A stretch of 64,000 bases of DNA from Octopus vulgaris (GCA_951406725.2 OX597817.1:69812001-69876000), one strand, 5' to 3'; positions 27,675-41,856 are shown, counted from the stretch's first letter. The notes: generated by a model not told the origin, from the sequence alone. Made by a program: numbers and translations.

Positions 27675-27872
27675 TTTTAGTCTTTTACATGTTTCTGTCA
27701 TTTGGCTGTGGCTATGCTGGTGCACCGACTTCAAGAGTTTTGGGGTCGAAGAGATCAACCCCAGGGCTTAATCTTTGTAAGCCTAGTACTTATTCTATCG
27801 GTCGCTTTTATTTTTGCAGAACTGATAAGTTACGGGGACATAAACACACAATGACACGCATAAATATATACT

Positions 27873-27923
<51 letters not shown>

Positions 27924-28083
27924 GGGCTTCTTTCAGTTTCCGTCTACCAAATCCATTCAGAACGCTTTGGTTGGCTCGTGGCAATAGGAGAAGACACTTG
28001 CGAAAGGTGACACGCAGTGGGACTAAATCTGGAACCACGTGGTTGTAAAGCAGGCTTCTTATCACCCAGCCTCTTCTGCGCCC
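27675..28083 (-). mobile_element. SINE family B (diverged)
   Basis: Homology to 17446-17850. Confidence 0.8.
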
Positions 28084-28095
28084 AATATATATCTG

Positions 28096-28478
28096 TGGAA
28101 GCACTCCGTCGGTTACGACGACGAGGGTATCGGTTGATCCGAATCAACGGAACAGCCTGCTCGTGAAATAAATGTGTAAGTGGCTGAGCACTCCACAGAC
28201 ACGTGTACCCTTAACGTAGTTCTCGGGGATATTCAGCGTGACACAGGGAGTGACAAGGCCGGCCCTTTGAAATACAGGTACAACAGAAGCAGGAAGTAAG
28301 AGTGAGAGAAAGTTGTGGTGAAAGAATACAGCAGGGTTCATCCCCCCTTCCTGCCGGAGCCTCGTGGAGCTTTAGGTGTTTTCGCTCAATAAACACTCAC
28401 AACGCCCGGTCTGGGAATCGAAAACGCGATCCTATGACCGCGAGTCCGCTGCCCTAACCACTGGGCCATTGCGCCTCC
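28096..28478 (-). mobile_element. tRNA-derived SINE, family C, full length
   Basis: Near-identical reverse complement of 56338-56720. Confidence 0.85.
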
Positions 28479-28493
28479 ACTATATATCTATGT

Positions 28494-28529
<36 letters not shown>

Positions 28530-28587
28530 AAACACTTACATAATACATACATACATACATACATACATACATACATACATACATACA

Positions 28588-28619
<32 letters not shown>

Positions 28620-29128
28620 GATGCACACTCACACATAGCTCCAGGGTTGTCAACATTTAGATTTCAATGTCTTGCAATTAATTTAATATAAATCAAGTAA
28701 ATACACATATCTGGTATATCAAATGGCACGAAGACACTTATCCAGCAGAAACACGTGTCGGAATGGTATATGATGAAAATATTCACATATATATACATAC
28801 ATATACATATTAGTAAGGGATTATTAATCCGGGCAAAATACTTTATAAGCACTCTGTATATCTGGCTTGTAATATTGTTTAGATTAATGAAGAACTTCGC
28901 ATATTCTCGTGCCAGGCTTCGAGATTATTGTTCATTGCCGTTCTACATCGTAAATCTATGTTTACATTCCCATGTATACTGGTTTTCACACACTGATATA
29001 TAAGATAAGGCCTAAATATTGGCCATTATATATCTTTCTTTATTGTTGTGTTTGTGTGAGTGTGTGTACACACACAGACACAGATAGGCGCATATATATA
29101 TGTGTGTGTATATATATATATATATATA

Positions 29129-29234
29129 TCGAAACGTCAAACCCTCCTTCTTCCCTTCTTTCCCGAGCGTCCAATAATACTTTATTTGTTCCACATCCTT
29201 GCGTTGTTGTCTTTTTGTTTTCTTGTTTGGATTA

Positions 29235-29294
<60 letters not shown>

Positions 29295-29444
29295 TATAAT
29301 TTTAATCCAAACGGGAAAACAAAAAAACAACAACAATGGAACAATTACAGTATTATTATTAATAGGCGCTCAGGAAATGGAAGCAGGAGGGTATGACGTT
29401 TCGAGCGGAATCTTCGTCGGAAACATAAAGAAGGAAGAGAGAGG

Positions 29445-29447
<3 letters not shown>
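29129..29447. mobile_element. Two HHR-like elements tail-to-tail across a (TA)n tract
   Basis: The plus copy 29129-29239 starts at TCGAAACGTCAAAC; the minus copy 29298-29447 has the motif at 29391-29424. Confidence 0.65.
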
Positions 29448-29532
<85 letters not shown>

Positions 29533-29724
29533 CGTTTTTCGCATACATACACATTTAACTGTACGCGATAGAGTACACCGAGCGACTAGATAATTGCTTA
29601 TGACAATGGAACTCCACTCTTATATTCCACGTGTTATTGTACAACCAAACACTGCATGCCGGGGATGAATTAGAGTGCGGTGTACGAACCACGTTGCTTT
29701 ATTTGTTTATGCTTTCCATCCGTA

Positions 29725-30200
29725 AGGCTGTAGCCATGCTGGAGCATCGCCATTGTTATCAATGGCCATTTTTCTTTTTGTGAGTGGCTTTTAGTGAATG
29801 ACGGTGTTTGATAATGCTACCCTCTTTTTGGAGTCATGTAGGAGGTCAAGTTGCTTCTAGAAAACATATACCCCAACTCCATGTAGATTTCTCAGATGTT
29901 TCGGCAAGATATTAAATAGCGTGGGCCCTTGAATCCCAAGCTATTGCTGTATGTGGTTCTCACTCTAGAAATGATGGGTAGGACCTTTGGAACTGGTCAG
30001 TGACGTCCGATGCCAAAGTTTGGAGCCAACCTTTTCAGAATCTTCCATACGTATATCACTGCAGATCTCTCCCAACCTTTCTCCATGTAGTAGACTTGTA
30101 CTTCTTTCAGTCTCCTCCAACTAAGCTGTTCTATTTACGTAATCTCCCTGGTGTAGCACCGCTGAACTGTCTCTAGTTCCACTGTTAATTTGACACTGTC
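29725..30200 (-). mobile_element. CR1-like LINE 3' fragment
   Basis: IYVWKILKRLAPNFG, NSLGFKGP/LFNILPKHLRNLHGV..KQLDLL; 3' end GGCGATGCTCCAGCATGGCTACAGC. Confidence 0.65.
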
Positions 30201-30441
30201 AGATTGGTCATGGGGAAATACGGGAGACGTCATGGCGGTACATTAAAGTCGTAATGATAGACATCCGTTTCCATATGTCAGCGGCGGTAAATCCATAAAT
30301 TTAAACTGATGACTTATTCCTCCGATGATCGACAGCAAGAAACACTGGGCTATCATTTGTGATTTTTTCAATTTCGAATAATACACACTCGCAAACTAAC
30401 ATACTTCCAAAAACACAAATACTCAAAAACAAATATACACG

Positions 30442-30532
<91 letters not shown>

Positions 30533-30572
30533 CGAATGCACACACATCTAAATGCACGCATGAATTATGTGC

Positions 30573-30642
<70 letters not shown>

Positions 30643-30643
30643 G

Positions 30644-30713
<70 letters not shown>

Positions 30714-30747
30714 TGTATGAATGTATGTATATATACACACATATATT

Positions 30748-30779
<32 letters not shown>

Positions 30780-31169
30780 ACACATATGCGCATACAAACA
30801 CATGCACTCACGCACACACACACACATATATATATATATAGTTTAAATAAAATGAGACAGGAAAGCCAAGGCAGTTTCCAAGAAACTTCACACTGCTTTG
30901 GCTTTGTTGTCACATTTTATTTAACCTATACACGCTCACACACGACCCGCATTAGACTCCTCACACGTACTGTTCTCGAATCGGGAGTCTAACAGAGGTC
31001 CTTCCGTAGCACTTACAACATTAGCCTACCTGCCTTTTGGATCTTCAGGATACCAAAACTTCTCATATGTATATATATACATATATATATATGTATGTGT
31101 GTGTGTGTGTGTGTGCATATATATATATATATTCATGTATGTGTAAGCATGTGTATACATTTCTAAGTG

Positions 31170-31235
<66 letters not shown>

Positions 31236-31361
31236 GGTTTTTCAGTATTCTCATCCATGTTGATAGACTCCCGGCTGGTCTCGTCGCAACAGCACAACAC
31301 TGCAAATGTCTTTATTTTAATTTAATTAAATATATATATGAATACATACATACATACATAC

Positions 31362-31440
<79 letters not shown>

Positions 31441-31474
31441 CATATATATATATAAATAAACATATAAACAAGTT

Positions 31475-31523
<49 letters not shown>

Positions 31524-31642
31524 TCTTTATTTTTTTTATTCTTTCATATAAACATATAAACATACATGTGACCTGAAGACTTTTGAACAGGAATAAATCT
31601 ATGGATAAATTCATAAGACAGGTAAGAGAATCGTGTACTTAC

Positions 31643-31792
31643 GTAAGTCAGGTGGTACCTCCGGACAATATTGGGCCACACCGCTAGAGCCATTTGTGTT
31701 ATTCCCCGGCCGTTCCATAAGCCGTTGTTTAATTCCATTCATATTATCGTATATGCGATCTAAATCACTCCGAGAAGTTAAGGAACTATTAC

Positions 31793-31823
<31 letters not shown>

Positions 31824-32498
31824 GCTTTGGCTACTGTTGTTGTTGTTGTTGTTGTTGTTGTTGCTGTTGTTTTGTGTGTTCGTATTTTTGTTTTTTTCTC
31901 CGACTTTTCGGTTTGTTTTGGATATGTTCGTGTTAGTATGCATCTCTGTTCGCAGACCTGACAAAGCACCGGCATTATTGGTGTTCTTGTTGATACTGTT
32001 TCTGCCGGTGCTTTTATTGCTTTTGCTGCCAAAGTTCTGGCTACTTTTCTGGGATTCTCCTGAGTTAAGAAGGCGGTCGCTTTTATTATCTTTATTATTA
32101 TTTTTATTATTATTACTACTACTACTACCACTACTACTACTAATATCACTGAGCTCGGAAGATTTCTTGTGGATCTTGTTTGTAGTTACCGTGAAATTTT
32201 GAGTGTTGTGGGCCAAACGTTTGGACATGCTAGAAGTTTGTCGAATTAAGGAACTTATTCGACTTACGTATATTTCGTTCAGTAGCTTTTCACTTTCGCT
32301 ACTGAAACCAAACATAAAATGGGGTTCTGTGGTCTGTTTGCTCGCAGACTGCCCGCGTATGGAGAGCATTTGTTTCCGCATGGAGATCGGGAACCGGTTC
32401 CTTTGGCGCACGACCAAAATCTGAGAGAGGGCCACCATGATAAGACATATAAGAACCAGAAGAAGGAATAAAGGGGGTAAATCTCTTCTTTTAAACAT
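31643..32498 (-). CDS. First coding exon of a beta-1,4-galactosyltransferase / beta-1,4-GalNAc-transferase (B4GALT/bre-4-like, GT7) gene
   Basis: ATG at 32498 gives MFKRRDLPPLFLLLVLICLIMVALSQILVVRQRNRF (short basic tail plus TM helix, type II Golgi topology), then a long S/N-rich stem ending YCPEVPPDL. A perfect donor C|GTAAGT follows (31642-31637, phase 1; 856 nt = 285 codons + 1). This matches the CPEESPLLV|G exon-1 end of B4GALT1-type genes. The catalytic exons are not seen. Confidence 0.8.
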
Positions 32499-32559
32499 AT
32501 TCTTCGTCCACAACTTCGTATACTCACCCTCCCCTCTCGCACTCTTTCTTTCTTTCTTA

Positions 32560-32632
<73 letters not shown>

Positions 32633-32966
32633 ACTATTAAAGTGTTTGAGTTACTCAGTTGGTAATCCCCAATTCAGATACAGCAACACTAACAACAACA
32701 ACAACAGCAACAATGAAAATATCCAGAGCAAAAACTATGCTACTACGCTTAGAACTTTTAACAATCTTATTTGAAAATTGCCTTGTTTGTTTGTAGTTAG
32801 CGGTAGTTAGCGGATGTATATACATATATCTCTATGTATATATAATCATACATATTCTTCTCCTTCACGTTATATATGTATATACATATAATATAATATA
32901 CATGTGTGTGCGTGTGTGTCTAGTGCCCCAGCATGGCCACAGCCTCAAAACTGAAACATATAAAAG

Positions 32967-33005
<39 letters not shown>

Positions 33006-33360
33006 TGTATGTCTGTGTATGTATGTGTGCGTTTGTGTATGTGTGTGTGTGTATGTCAGTTATGACTAGTTGTGGAGTACTCACGTGTGAGAGAAACAAA
33101 CGCGAACTAGTAGTTTCTTTTTTTTCAATAAGTATAAATGATTATATACATAGATTATATACATAGATATATATTTATGTGTGTGTAAATATATATACAC
33201 ACACACACATGTATATATATACATAAACACATATATGTATATGTGTGTGAATGTAAGTACATGTGTATGGGTGAGTGAGTGCGAATGTGTGGTGAATATG
33301 CACAATGGATATTTCATGCGCACACACACACACACATAGACATACACACACGCACACACA

Positions 33361-33405
<45 letters not shown>

Positions 33406-34130
33406 GTTGATTTATTTACTAATATGGATCATGCTGCTGCTGCTGGTGTTGCTGTTAACGATATTTGTCGTGTACATATGTGTGTGTGTGTGTGTGTGTG
33501 TATGTGTGTGTGTGTGTGTATGTGGGTGTGTGAAGATAATAAACGTTATGTATATAAGTGTCGGGACCAGGGTGAGGGAGAGTTGAGGAAAAAGGAGATT
33601 GAAGTCATGGTAACACCCACATCCACACTTACACACAATGTGTAATTACATACACACATACATATATACATATATATACATACACACACATTCACACACA
33701 CACACACACATATATATTTGTATATATATATATATATATATACATATATAATCACATGCGCACCCTCTGATTCGTTGTCTCCGAGTCAGAAACTGTCTAC
33801 CGCCCTTTCACGTACACATATTAACATGTATCGTTAACGGCTCTCTCATACACGGTCACGCACACGCACTCTATCGTTCGGTTTCTGTCTTTCTTCTCTC
33901 TCTGTCTCTCTCCGCCGACGCACGCAGACCACATATAGGCACACGCACACATACATACATATATGGACACACACATACGCGCACGCACACTCGCATGCTA
34001 TCTTTCTCTCTCATGCATGCACACACACATCCACCTGAACTAACTTAAGCGACAAGTTAAAATACCTGCGAATATGATGACGATGGTGAACATAACGAAA
34101 AGGAAAACAAAAAGATATTGTGGGAAAGAC

Positions 34131-34165
<35 letters not shown>

Positions 34166-34391
34166 GACAGACAGACAGACACACACACACACAGACAGAC
34201 AGACACAGACAGAAAGACGTGGTGGCAAAGCGACAGACAGAGGGAAACAGGAAATGGCGGAGAGCGGGAACGAAAAGGTTTGTCTATGTGTGGGGCATGT
34301 GAATGAATGAATGGATAAATATGTGTGTGTTTGTGAGAGTTTGTGTGGTCTGTGTGTATGTGTGAATATGTGTGTGTGAATGTGTGTGTTT

Positions 34392-34452
<61 letters not shown>

Positions 34453-34488
34453 TGTGTGTGATGGAGCGGTAGGGTCTTTCTCTATCAA

Positions 34489-34521
<33 letters not shown>

Positions 34522-35662
34522 CACAGAAGTACGTGTTTATGTATTCGTATTACAGACCGGACATAAACCAATCTATGCGTATGTGATCGAGCATGTGTGT
34601 TTTTCTCCGTGTGAATATATTTACGTATGAACGTATGTATGCGTGTATGTACGTATGTATACTTACGAGTGTTTATGGGCCTTTTTCAGTGTGTCATAAA
34701 CATGAATGTATTTGTGTATGTATATACATGTGGTTTACGTACACACATATATATTTAAATATGTACGTGTGATTGCACGTATGTATGTATATATATATAT
34801 TATATATGTATGTTTGTATGTTTATATGTATTTATTTATACATGCGTGTATGTATATATTTATCAATTTATGAATATAATTACCTGTGTACAAACATATG
34901 CATGTGTATATGTATTCCTTTATGTGTGCATATATGTATAAAGATATAAAAGTAAATATATACCTATATACATATGTGTGTGTGTGTGTTTGTGTACGTG
35001 TATGTCAGAGTGTCACAGACTGTCGAACATAAAAAGTGACACTTTCGCGTCGATAGTGCCATCCATAACAACAGGTACGCGATAAAATTCCAAAAGTGGA
35101 TCCAGGCCTTTTAAGAATCGGATAAGTTCCAGTACTCCTTCCTTCATTGTCGTTGAGTTGGCATGACTGGTGGCGAAAGTAGTCCACGAACGGTATTTCT
35201 TAACCATTCCGTATTGCATGATGGCCACACAATCTTCATTCGTCGCAGAAGTAATTCTTTAGAAAGACTGAATGCATGCGTCGCGAAGCATCGCATAGCA
35301 TCGCATCGCATCGCATCGCATCGCAAAGCATAGCATAAGTCTGCTGCGCTTGCGTGTGTATGTGTGTGTGTCTGTGTGTGTGTGTGTCTGTATGTGTATT
35401 TGTGTGTGTGTGTGTGTGTGTGTGTACATGTGTGGGTGAATGTGTTTGTATGGGTTTGTCTGCGAGGGAGTTAATTTTTAATTTTCTGTGTATGTGTACG
35501 TGTGTTCGTGTCTGCGCAATGTCATATATGTGCGTGTGTCGGCATGTGCATCATCCTATCTATGTATGTGTTGGTATGAATGAATTTTTGTATATGTCGT
35601 TACATTTACATACACCCCGTATGTGTGTATACATTTACATACACCCATACGCGTGTATGCAC

Positions 35663-35796
<134 letters not shown>

Positions 35797-35799
35797 TTT

Positions 35800-35830
<31 letters not shown>

Positions 35831-35832
35831 AT

Positions 35833-35893
<61 letters not shown>

Positions 35894-36102
35894 GAGTAAA
35901 TTATTTACCAAAATCACCTACATTCGAAGCACGGATACAAACACACCCCCTCACACACAATTACATACACACACACACACACACACACACATTTATACAA
36001 TCAAACATACCTGTGCGTGTGTATACAAACATCCGAGTATGCTTCTGTATGTGCTTGTTTCTGAATGTGTGTGCTTGTGTGTGTGTTTGTGTTTGTGTGT
36101 GT

Positions 36103-36134
<32 letters not shown>

Positions 36135-36467
36135 TTACATTGCAATACATTCAGACAAAATGTTCATGTATGCGTAACTCCCGCCATGTGCATATATAAA
36201 CGTACACACGAAGCTATACGTTTATTTATGCACACACACACATACATTCACACACACTGGCTGACAAACACACACATATACATATATACACACACACGCA
36301 CACACATGTATGTGTGTGTGAGTGCATGTGTGTGTATGTGTGCGTTTGTGTGTGTGAGTGTGTATGTGTGTGTTGTCAATCTCCGCCAGAGAATCATTGT
36401 GGCGTTTAAGAAATGCAAACACCTGTGTGTATATATATTCATGCGTCACTTGTTTTGGTCTTTCAGA

Positions 36468-36532
<65 letters not shown>

Positions 36533-36602
36533 CATACATGTATACATACATACACACAGTCACTTATATGTGTGTATATATATATATGTATGTATGCATG
36601 TA

Positions 36603-36641
<39 letters not shown>

Positions 36642-36663
36642 GTGTGTATATATATGTATATGT

Positions 36664-36697
<34 letters not shown>

Positions 36698-36759
36698 ACA
36701 CAGAGAAAGACCTGATAGACAGACAGTCAGACAGATAGAGAGATAGATAGATAGATAGG

Positions 36760-36832
<73 letters not shown>

Positions 36833-37286
36833 CGATAGATAGATTATGGAACGTTGGAATTCCCGAATATAATTTCTGTTCGATCAAATAGAAAGAAAAA
36901 TAGAAAAGGAAACAAAAAACAAAAAAAAAAGATAGGCGCTTTGAACGTACAAGCAGTTAACCATTCCGCAGACACCTGTACCGTTTATGTAATTCTTAGG
37001 TGGAATTAGCGGTGTTATCTATATCTACATCGGAATTCACCTCAGTTTTATTTCAAGATAGGAAGGACTCTACAATGGGTTAAAGAGAACGACACCTATT
37101 GAGGCTGCTTTTAATAGGGATCGAGCAGGAAAACTTATTAAGCAGACATCCCGTCCAGGCCATGTTATGCCTGCAGGCGCACAAAAATATATGAATAATG
37201 ATTTATATGGATCTTGCTTGCTGACATACATACATACATACATATATACATACACGTGCGCGCGTGTATGTCTAGATAAATGGATG

Positions 37287-37352
<66 letters not shown>

Positions 37353-37371
37353 CAGACAGATAGATAGATAA

Positions 37372-37404
<33 letters not shown>

Positions 37405-37416
37405 TAGATAGATAGA

Positions 37417-37628
37417 TATGTTTCTTTATTAGCCACACAGGGCTGCACACAGACAGAACAAATTACAAGGTAGAGCTTTTCTTTTGGGGGTAAAAAAATG
37501 GGGGTTGGTTTTCGATCGTAAAAGGAAAGAAAGAGGACAAAAAGGGGGAGGATTAAAAAAAGGGGGGGGAGGGAAAAAAGGGGGAGAGGAAAAAAAAGTT
37601 GATCAATAGGGATCGTAATCACAGAAAT

Positions 37629-37630
<2 letters not shown>
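37417..37630 (-). mobile_element. LINE 3' UTR remnant inserted in (GATA)n
   Basis: Pyrimidine-rich UTR ending TGTGCAGCCCTGTGTGGCTAATAAAGAAA, similar to the SINE A tail. Confidence 0.5.
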
Positions 37631-37702
<72 letters not shown>

Positions 37703-37869
37703 TTTGCTTCATCGCAACAACATTTTGTTACATTCGCGCACACACGCACAAAAGTGCATTCACAGACACACACACATTTATTCGGCCTAGCCTGTGTATA
37801 TTCGTATCTATGTCAGTGTGTCCCGCTTCGATGTGACTGTGAGCTGGGGGCGGGGATGGGGTGAGCGTA

Positions 37870-37929
<60 letters not shown>

Positions 37930-37937
37930 ATATATAT

Positions 37938-38542
37938 AGCTGGTAGAAACGTTAGCACGCCGGGCGAAATGCTTAGCGGTATTTCGTCTGCCGTTACGTT
38001 CTGAGTTCAAATTCCGCCGAGGTCGACTTTACCTTTCATCTTTTCGGGGTCGATGTATTAAGTACCAGTTACGCACTAGGGTCGATGTAATCGACTTAAT
38101 CCGTTTGTCTGTCCTTGTTTGTCCCCTTTGTGTTTAGCCCCCTGTGGGTAATATAAAGAAATAGAAATAGATATTTCGCCTGCCGTTACGTTCTGAGTTC
38201 AAATTCCGCCGAGGTCGACTCTGCTTTTCATCCTTTCGGGGTCGATAAATTTAGTACCAGTTACGCACTGGGGTCGATATAATCGACTTAATCCGTTTGT
38301 CTGTCCTTGTTTGTCCCCTTTGTGTTTAGCCCCCTGTGGGTAATATAAAGAAATAGAAATAGATATTTCGCCTGCCGTTACGTTCTGAGTTCAAATTCCG
38401 CCGAGGTCGACTCTGCTTTTCATCCTTTCGGGGTCGATAAATTAAGTACCAGTTACGCACTGGTATCGATGTAATCGTCTCAATCCCTTTGTCCTTGTTT
38501 GTCTCCTCTATGTTTAGCCCCTTGTGGGCAATAAAGAAATAA
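37938..38542 (+). mobile_element. SINE family A tandem trimer
   Basis: One headed unit plus two headless units (192-bp period, 38171 and 38363). Confidence 0.85.
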
Positions 38543-38912
38543 GAAGTTTGCTTCCCAACCACATGGTTCCAGGTCCAGTCCCACTGTGGGACACCTTGAG
38601 CAGGTGTCTTCAACTATAGCCACAGGCCGAATAAAACCTTGTGAGTGGATTTGGTACATGGAAATTGAAAAAAGCCCGTCGTATATGTATATATGCATAC
38701 ACTTATGTGTGTGTGTTTGTCCACCACTGCTTGGTGTTGGTGTGCTCACGTCGCCATAACTTTGATGTCCGGCAAAAGGGATCGATAGAATAAGTACCAG
38801 GCTTAAAAAATATAAGCACTGGGGTCGATTTACTTCACTGAAAAAAAATTCTCCAAGGTGGTGCCTCAGCATGGCCGCATTTTAAATACTGGAACATGTA
38901 AAAGAATAAAAG
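38543..38912 (+). mobile_element. SINE family B (diverged)
   Basis: Homology to 17446-17850. Confidence 0.75.
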
Positions 38913-39016
38913 AATATATGTGGAGTACTTATTTTGTTGATTTTTTTGTCACGGATCAGAAGATTATATATGTATATATATATATATATATATATGTATA
39001 TAAATATACACATATA

Positions 39017-39110
<94 letters not shown>

Positions 39111-39131
39111 TATATGTGTATATTTATATAC

Positions 39132-39210
<79 letters not shown>

Positions 39211-39523
39211 CGGAGGTGCAATGACCCTGTGGTTAGGCCAGCGGACTCGCGATTGTAGGATCGCAATTTCGACTCCCAGACCGGGCGTTGTGAGTGTTTA
39301 TTGAGCGAGAACTCCTAAAGCTCAACGACGCTCTTGCAGGGGGTAGGGTGGCGATCCCTGCAGTACTCTTTCGCCATAACTTTCTCTCACTCTTTCTTCT
39401 GTTGGCCTGCTCGCTTAGCCAGTGGGATGGCGTCATTGGGAGGCTAAAACAATGCAAAGCGCATTGTGACCAGCGATATGTAGCAACATCTGATAGCCTG
39501 GTCGGTCACGGTGGACACGGTGA
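39211..39523 (+). mobile_element. SINE with a family C head and a different 3' half
   Basis: Matches 56338 onward up to TTTCTCTCACTCTT, then diverges. Confidence 0.7.
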
Positions 39524-39546
39524 TATATATATATATATATATATAT

Positions 39547-39880
39547 AGAGTAATAAAGATTTTAGAAATTTTTACAACCTGTGGCTTAGCGTGTCGAAAA
39601 TTTAGTCAATAGACTATATTATTCATATGAATACAGTGTAAATCTAAACACAAGAGGTATCCATCATAGGATTCCTTTGACGCTAGAAGGAACAGCTAAA
39701 GTCGAAACCCATAAAAACTCGAAGGGAATGAAAAATAAAAGCATTTACCATCGTTTTTATTTTTCAATCCCCTTCGAGTTTTTTTCCCTAATAGTGGTTT
39801 GGACTTTAGCTGTTCCTTCTAGCGTGAAAGGAATCCTATGATGGCTACCTGTTATGTGTTTAAATGTACACTGTAGTTAT
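39547..39880. repeat. Element with a ~110-bp-arm foldback palindrome
   Basis: Arms ~39632-39740 and ~39754-39875, 13-nt loop. Confidence 0.85.
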
Positions 39881-39892
39881 ACACACACACAT

Positions 39893-39931
<39 letters not shown>

Positions 39932-39968
39932 AGGTTGTACTTATGTGTGTGTGTGAGTGCGAGTGTGT

Positions 39969-40017
<49 letters not shown>

Positions 40018-40459
40018 AACACTCACACACATATACGCGAAGAAGTGGGACTGATCGATAGACACGTTGCACATATACTATTAGATATACTAAACACCAA
40101 TAAAAACAAATAACAGCTTGGTCACACCTAATCGATGACTGACTTACAGATACAGGGTTCATTCAAGCGTGTACACACACATATACAGAAACATATGGTG
40201 CTACATACATGCATACATACATACATACATACATACATACATTCATACATACATGCATACATAAATATATACATGCATACATCAGATCCGTCTCAAGACA
40301 CAGGCACACTGGGTTGCGGCCCGGAAGGCCTCACGGGTCTAGGTGTTCAATTCTGACGTATCTTTATTGAGGCTTGCCATCAATGAATACTATAGAGCCC
40401 ACTGCATTGATTTGCCCCGGGGACATATTTTGCTGCTAAGAAGGCTCTGACATACTCTA

Positions 40460-40674
40460 TACTCTTTACTCTTTTACTTGTTTCAGTCATGTGACTGTGG
40501 CCATACTGGAGCACCGCCTTTAGTCGACCCCTAGTACTTATTCTATCGGTGTCTTTCGCCGAACCGCTATGTTACGGGGACGTAAACACACCAGCATCGG
40601 TTATCAAGCGATGTTGGGGGGACAAACACAGACACACAAACATATATACACACAAACATATATACATACATACA

Positions 40675-40772
<98 letters not shown>

Positions 40773-40940
40773 TACAACGGGCTTCTTTCAGTTTCCGTCA
40801 ACCAAATCTACTCACAAGGCTTTGGTCGGCCCGGAGCTATAGTAGAAGACACTTGCCCAAGGTGCCATGCAATGGGACTCAAACCCGGACCCACGTGGTT
40901 CGTAAGCAAGCTACTTACCACTCAGCCACTCCTACGCCTA
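40460..40940 (-). mobile_element. SINE family B
   Basis: Homology to 17446-17850. Confidence 0.85.
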
Positions 40941-41066
40941 TATGCCTACATTCATATTTACATAGATATATACATGCAATATACATGCAAATTACATTGA
41001 TGTACGCATGCATTCACGTATGCGTAAATATACATTTGGATATGCATATCTACGCACTTACACATA

Positions 41067-41288
41067 TACGATGGTGCGATGAAAAGTTCTTGGGTTCGGG
41101 TGAAAGAAACTACAGGAGGATCAGTAAGTTATGAATTTATTCAATATATTCCTCTCCCAGTTTCACTCACTTATTGCAGCGGTCCTTCGGTTTTTTTAAG
41201 CCCCGCAAAAGAACTCGGAAAGTCGGGCCTCCAGGCAGCCCTTTCGCGATCCCCTTAAAGCCAGGAACTTTTCAACAGCGTCCTCGTA
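41067..41288. mobile_element. Mariner-type MITE
   Basis: TA|CGATGGTGCGATGAAAAGTTC ... GAACTTTTCAACAGCGTCCTCG|TA. Confidence 0.7.
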
Positions 41289-41387
41289 CACAACACACAC
41301 GCTTGCATAAATATACCCATAGATATACATGTGGTCAATGGGTCGATGATACGAACGTACGCGGGCACGTGCACTCTCTCTCTCTTT

Positions 41388-41421
<34 letters not shown>

Positions 41422-41677
41422 ACATGTACATACATATATATGTAAACTCATGCATTCATGCATGAACACATAAATACGCATGTAGAGACAAAAAAACACA
41501 CGCACATACATATATGCTAACTTAAATGCGTACACTAACATGCATATACAAACATATATACACACGCATACACATACCTACACAGATATACATGCATACA
41601 TACATACATACATACATACATACATACATACATACATACTTATACCTACACACGAACACGAGTCATTCCTATTCCTG

Positions 41678-41713
41678 ACCACCACCACTACCACCACTTT
41701 GCTATTGCTACTA

Positions 41714-41761
<48 letters not shown>

Positions 41762-41856
41762 TTACTACTACTACTACCACTACTATTACTACTACTACTA
41801 CTACTACTACCACTACTACCACCACCACTACCACTACTACTACTACTACTACGACA

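Noticed and set aside
30300-30360. Hammerhead (CTGATGA...GAAAC)
   Set aside because: Stems I-III cannot be paired.
31633-32202. Plus-strand Leu-rich ORF
   Set aside because: It is the antisense shadow of the Asn/Ser-rich exon.
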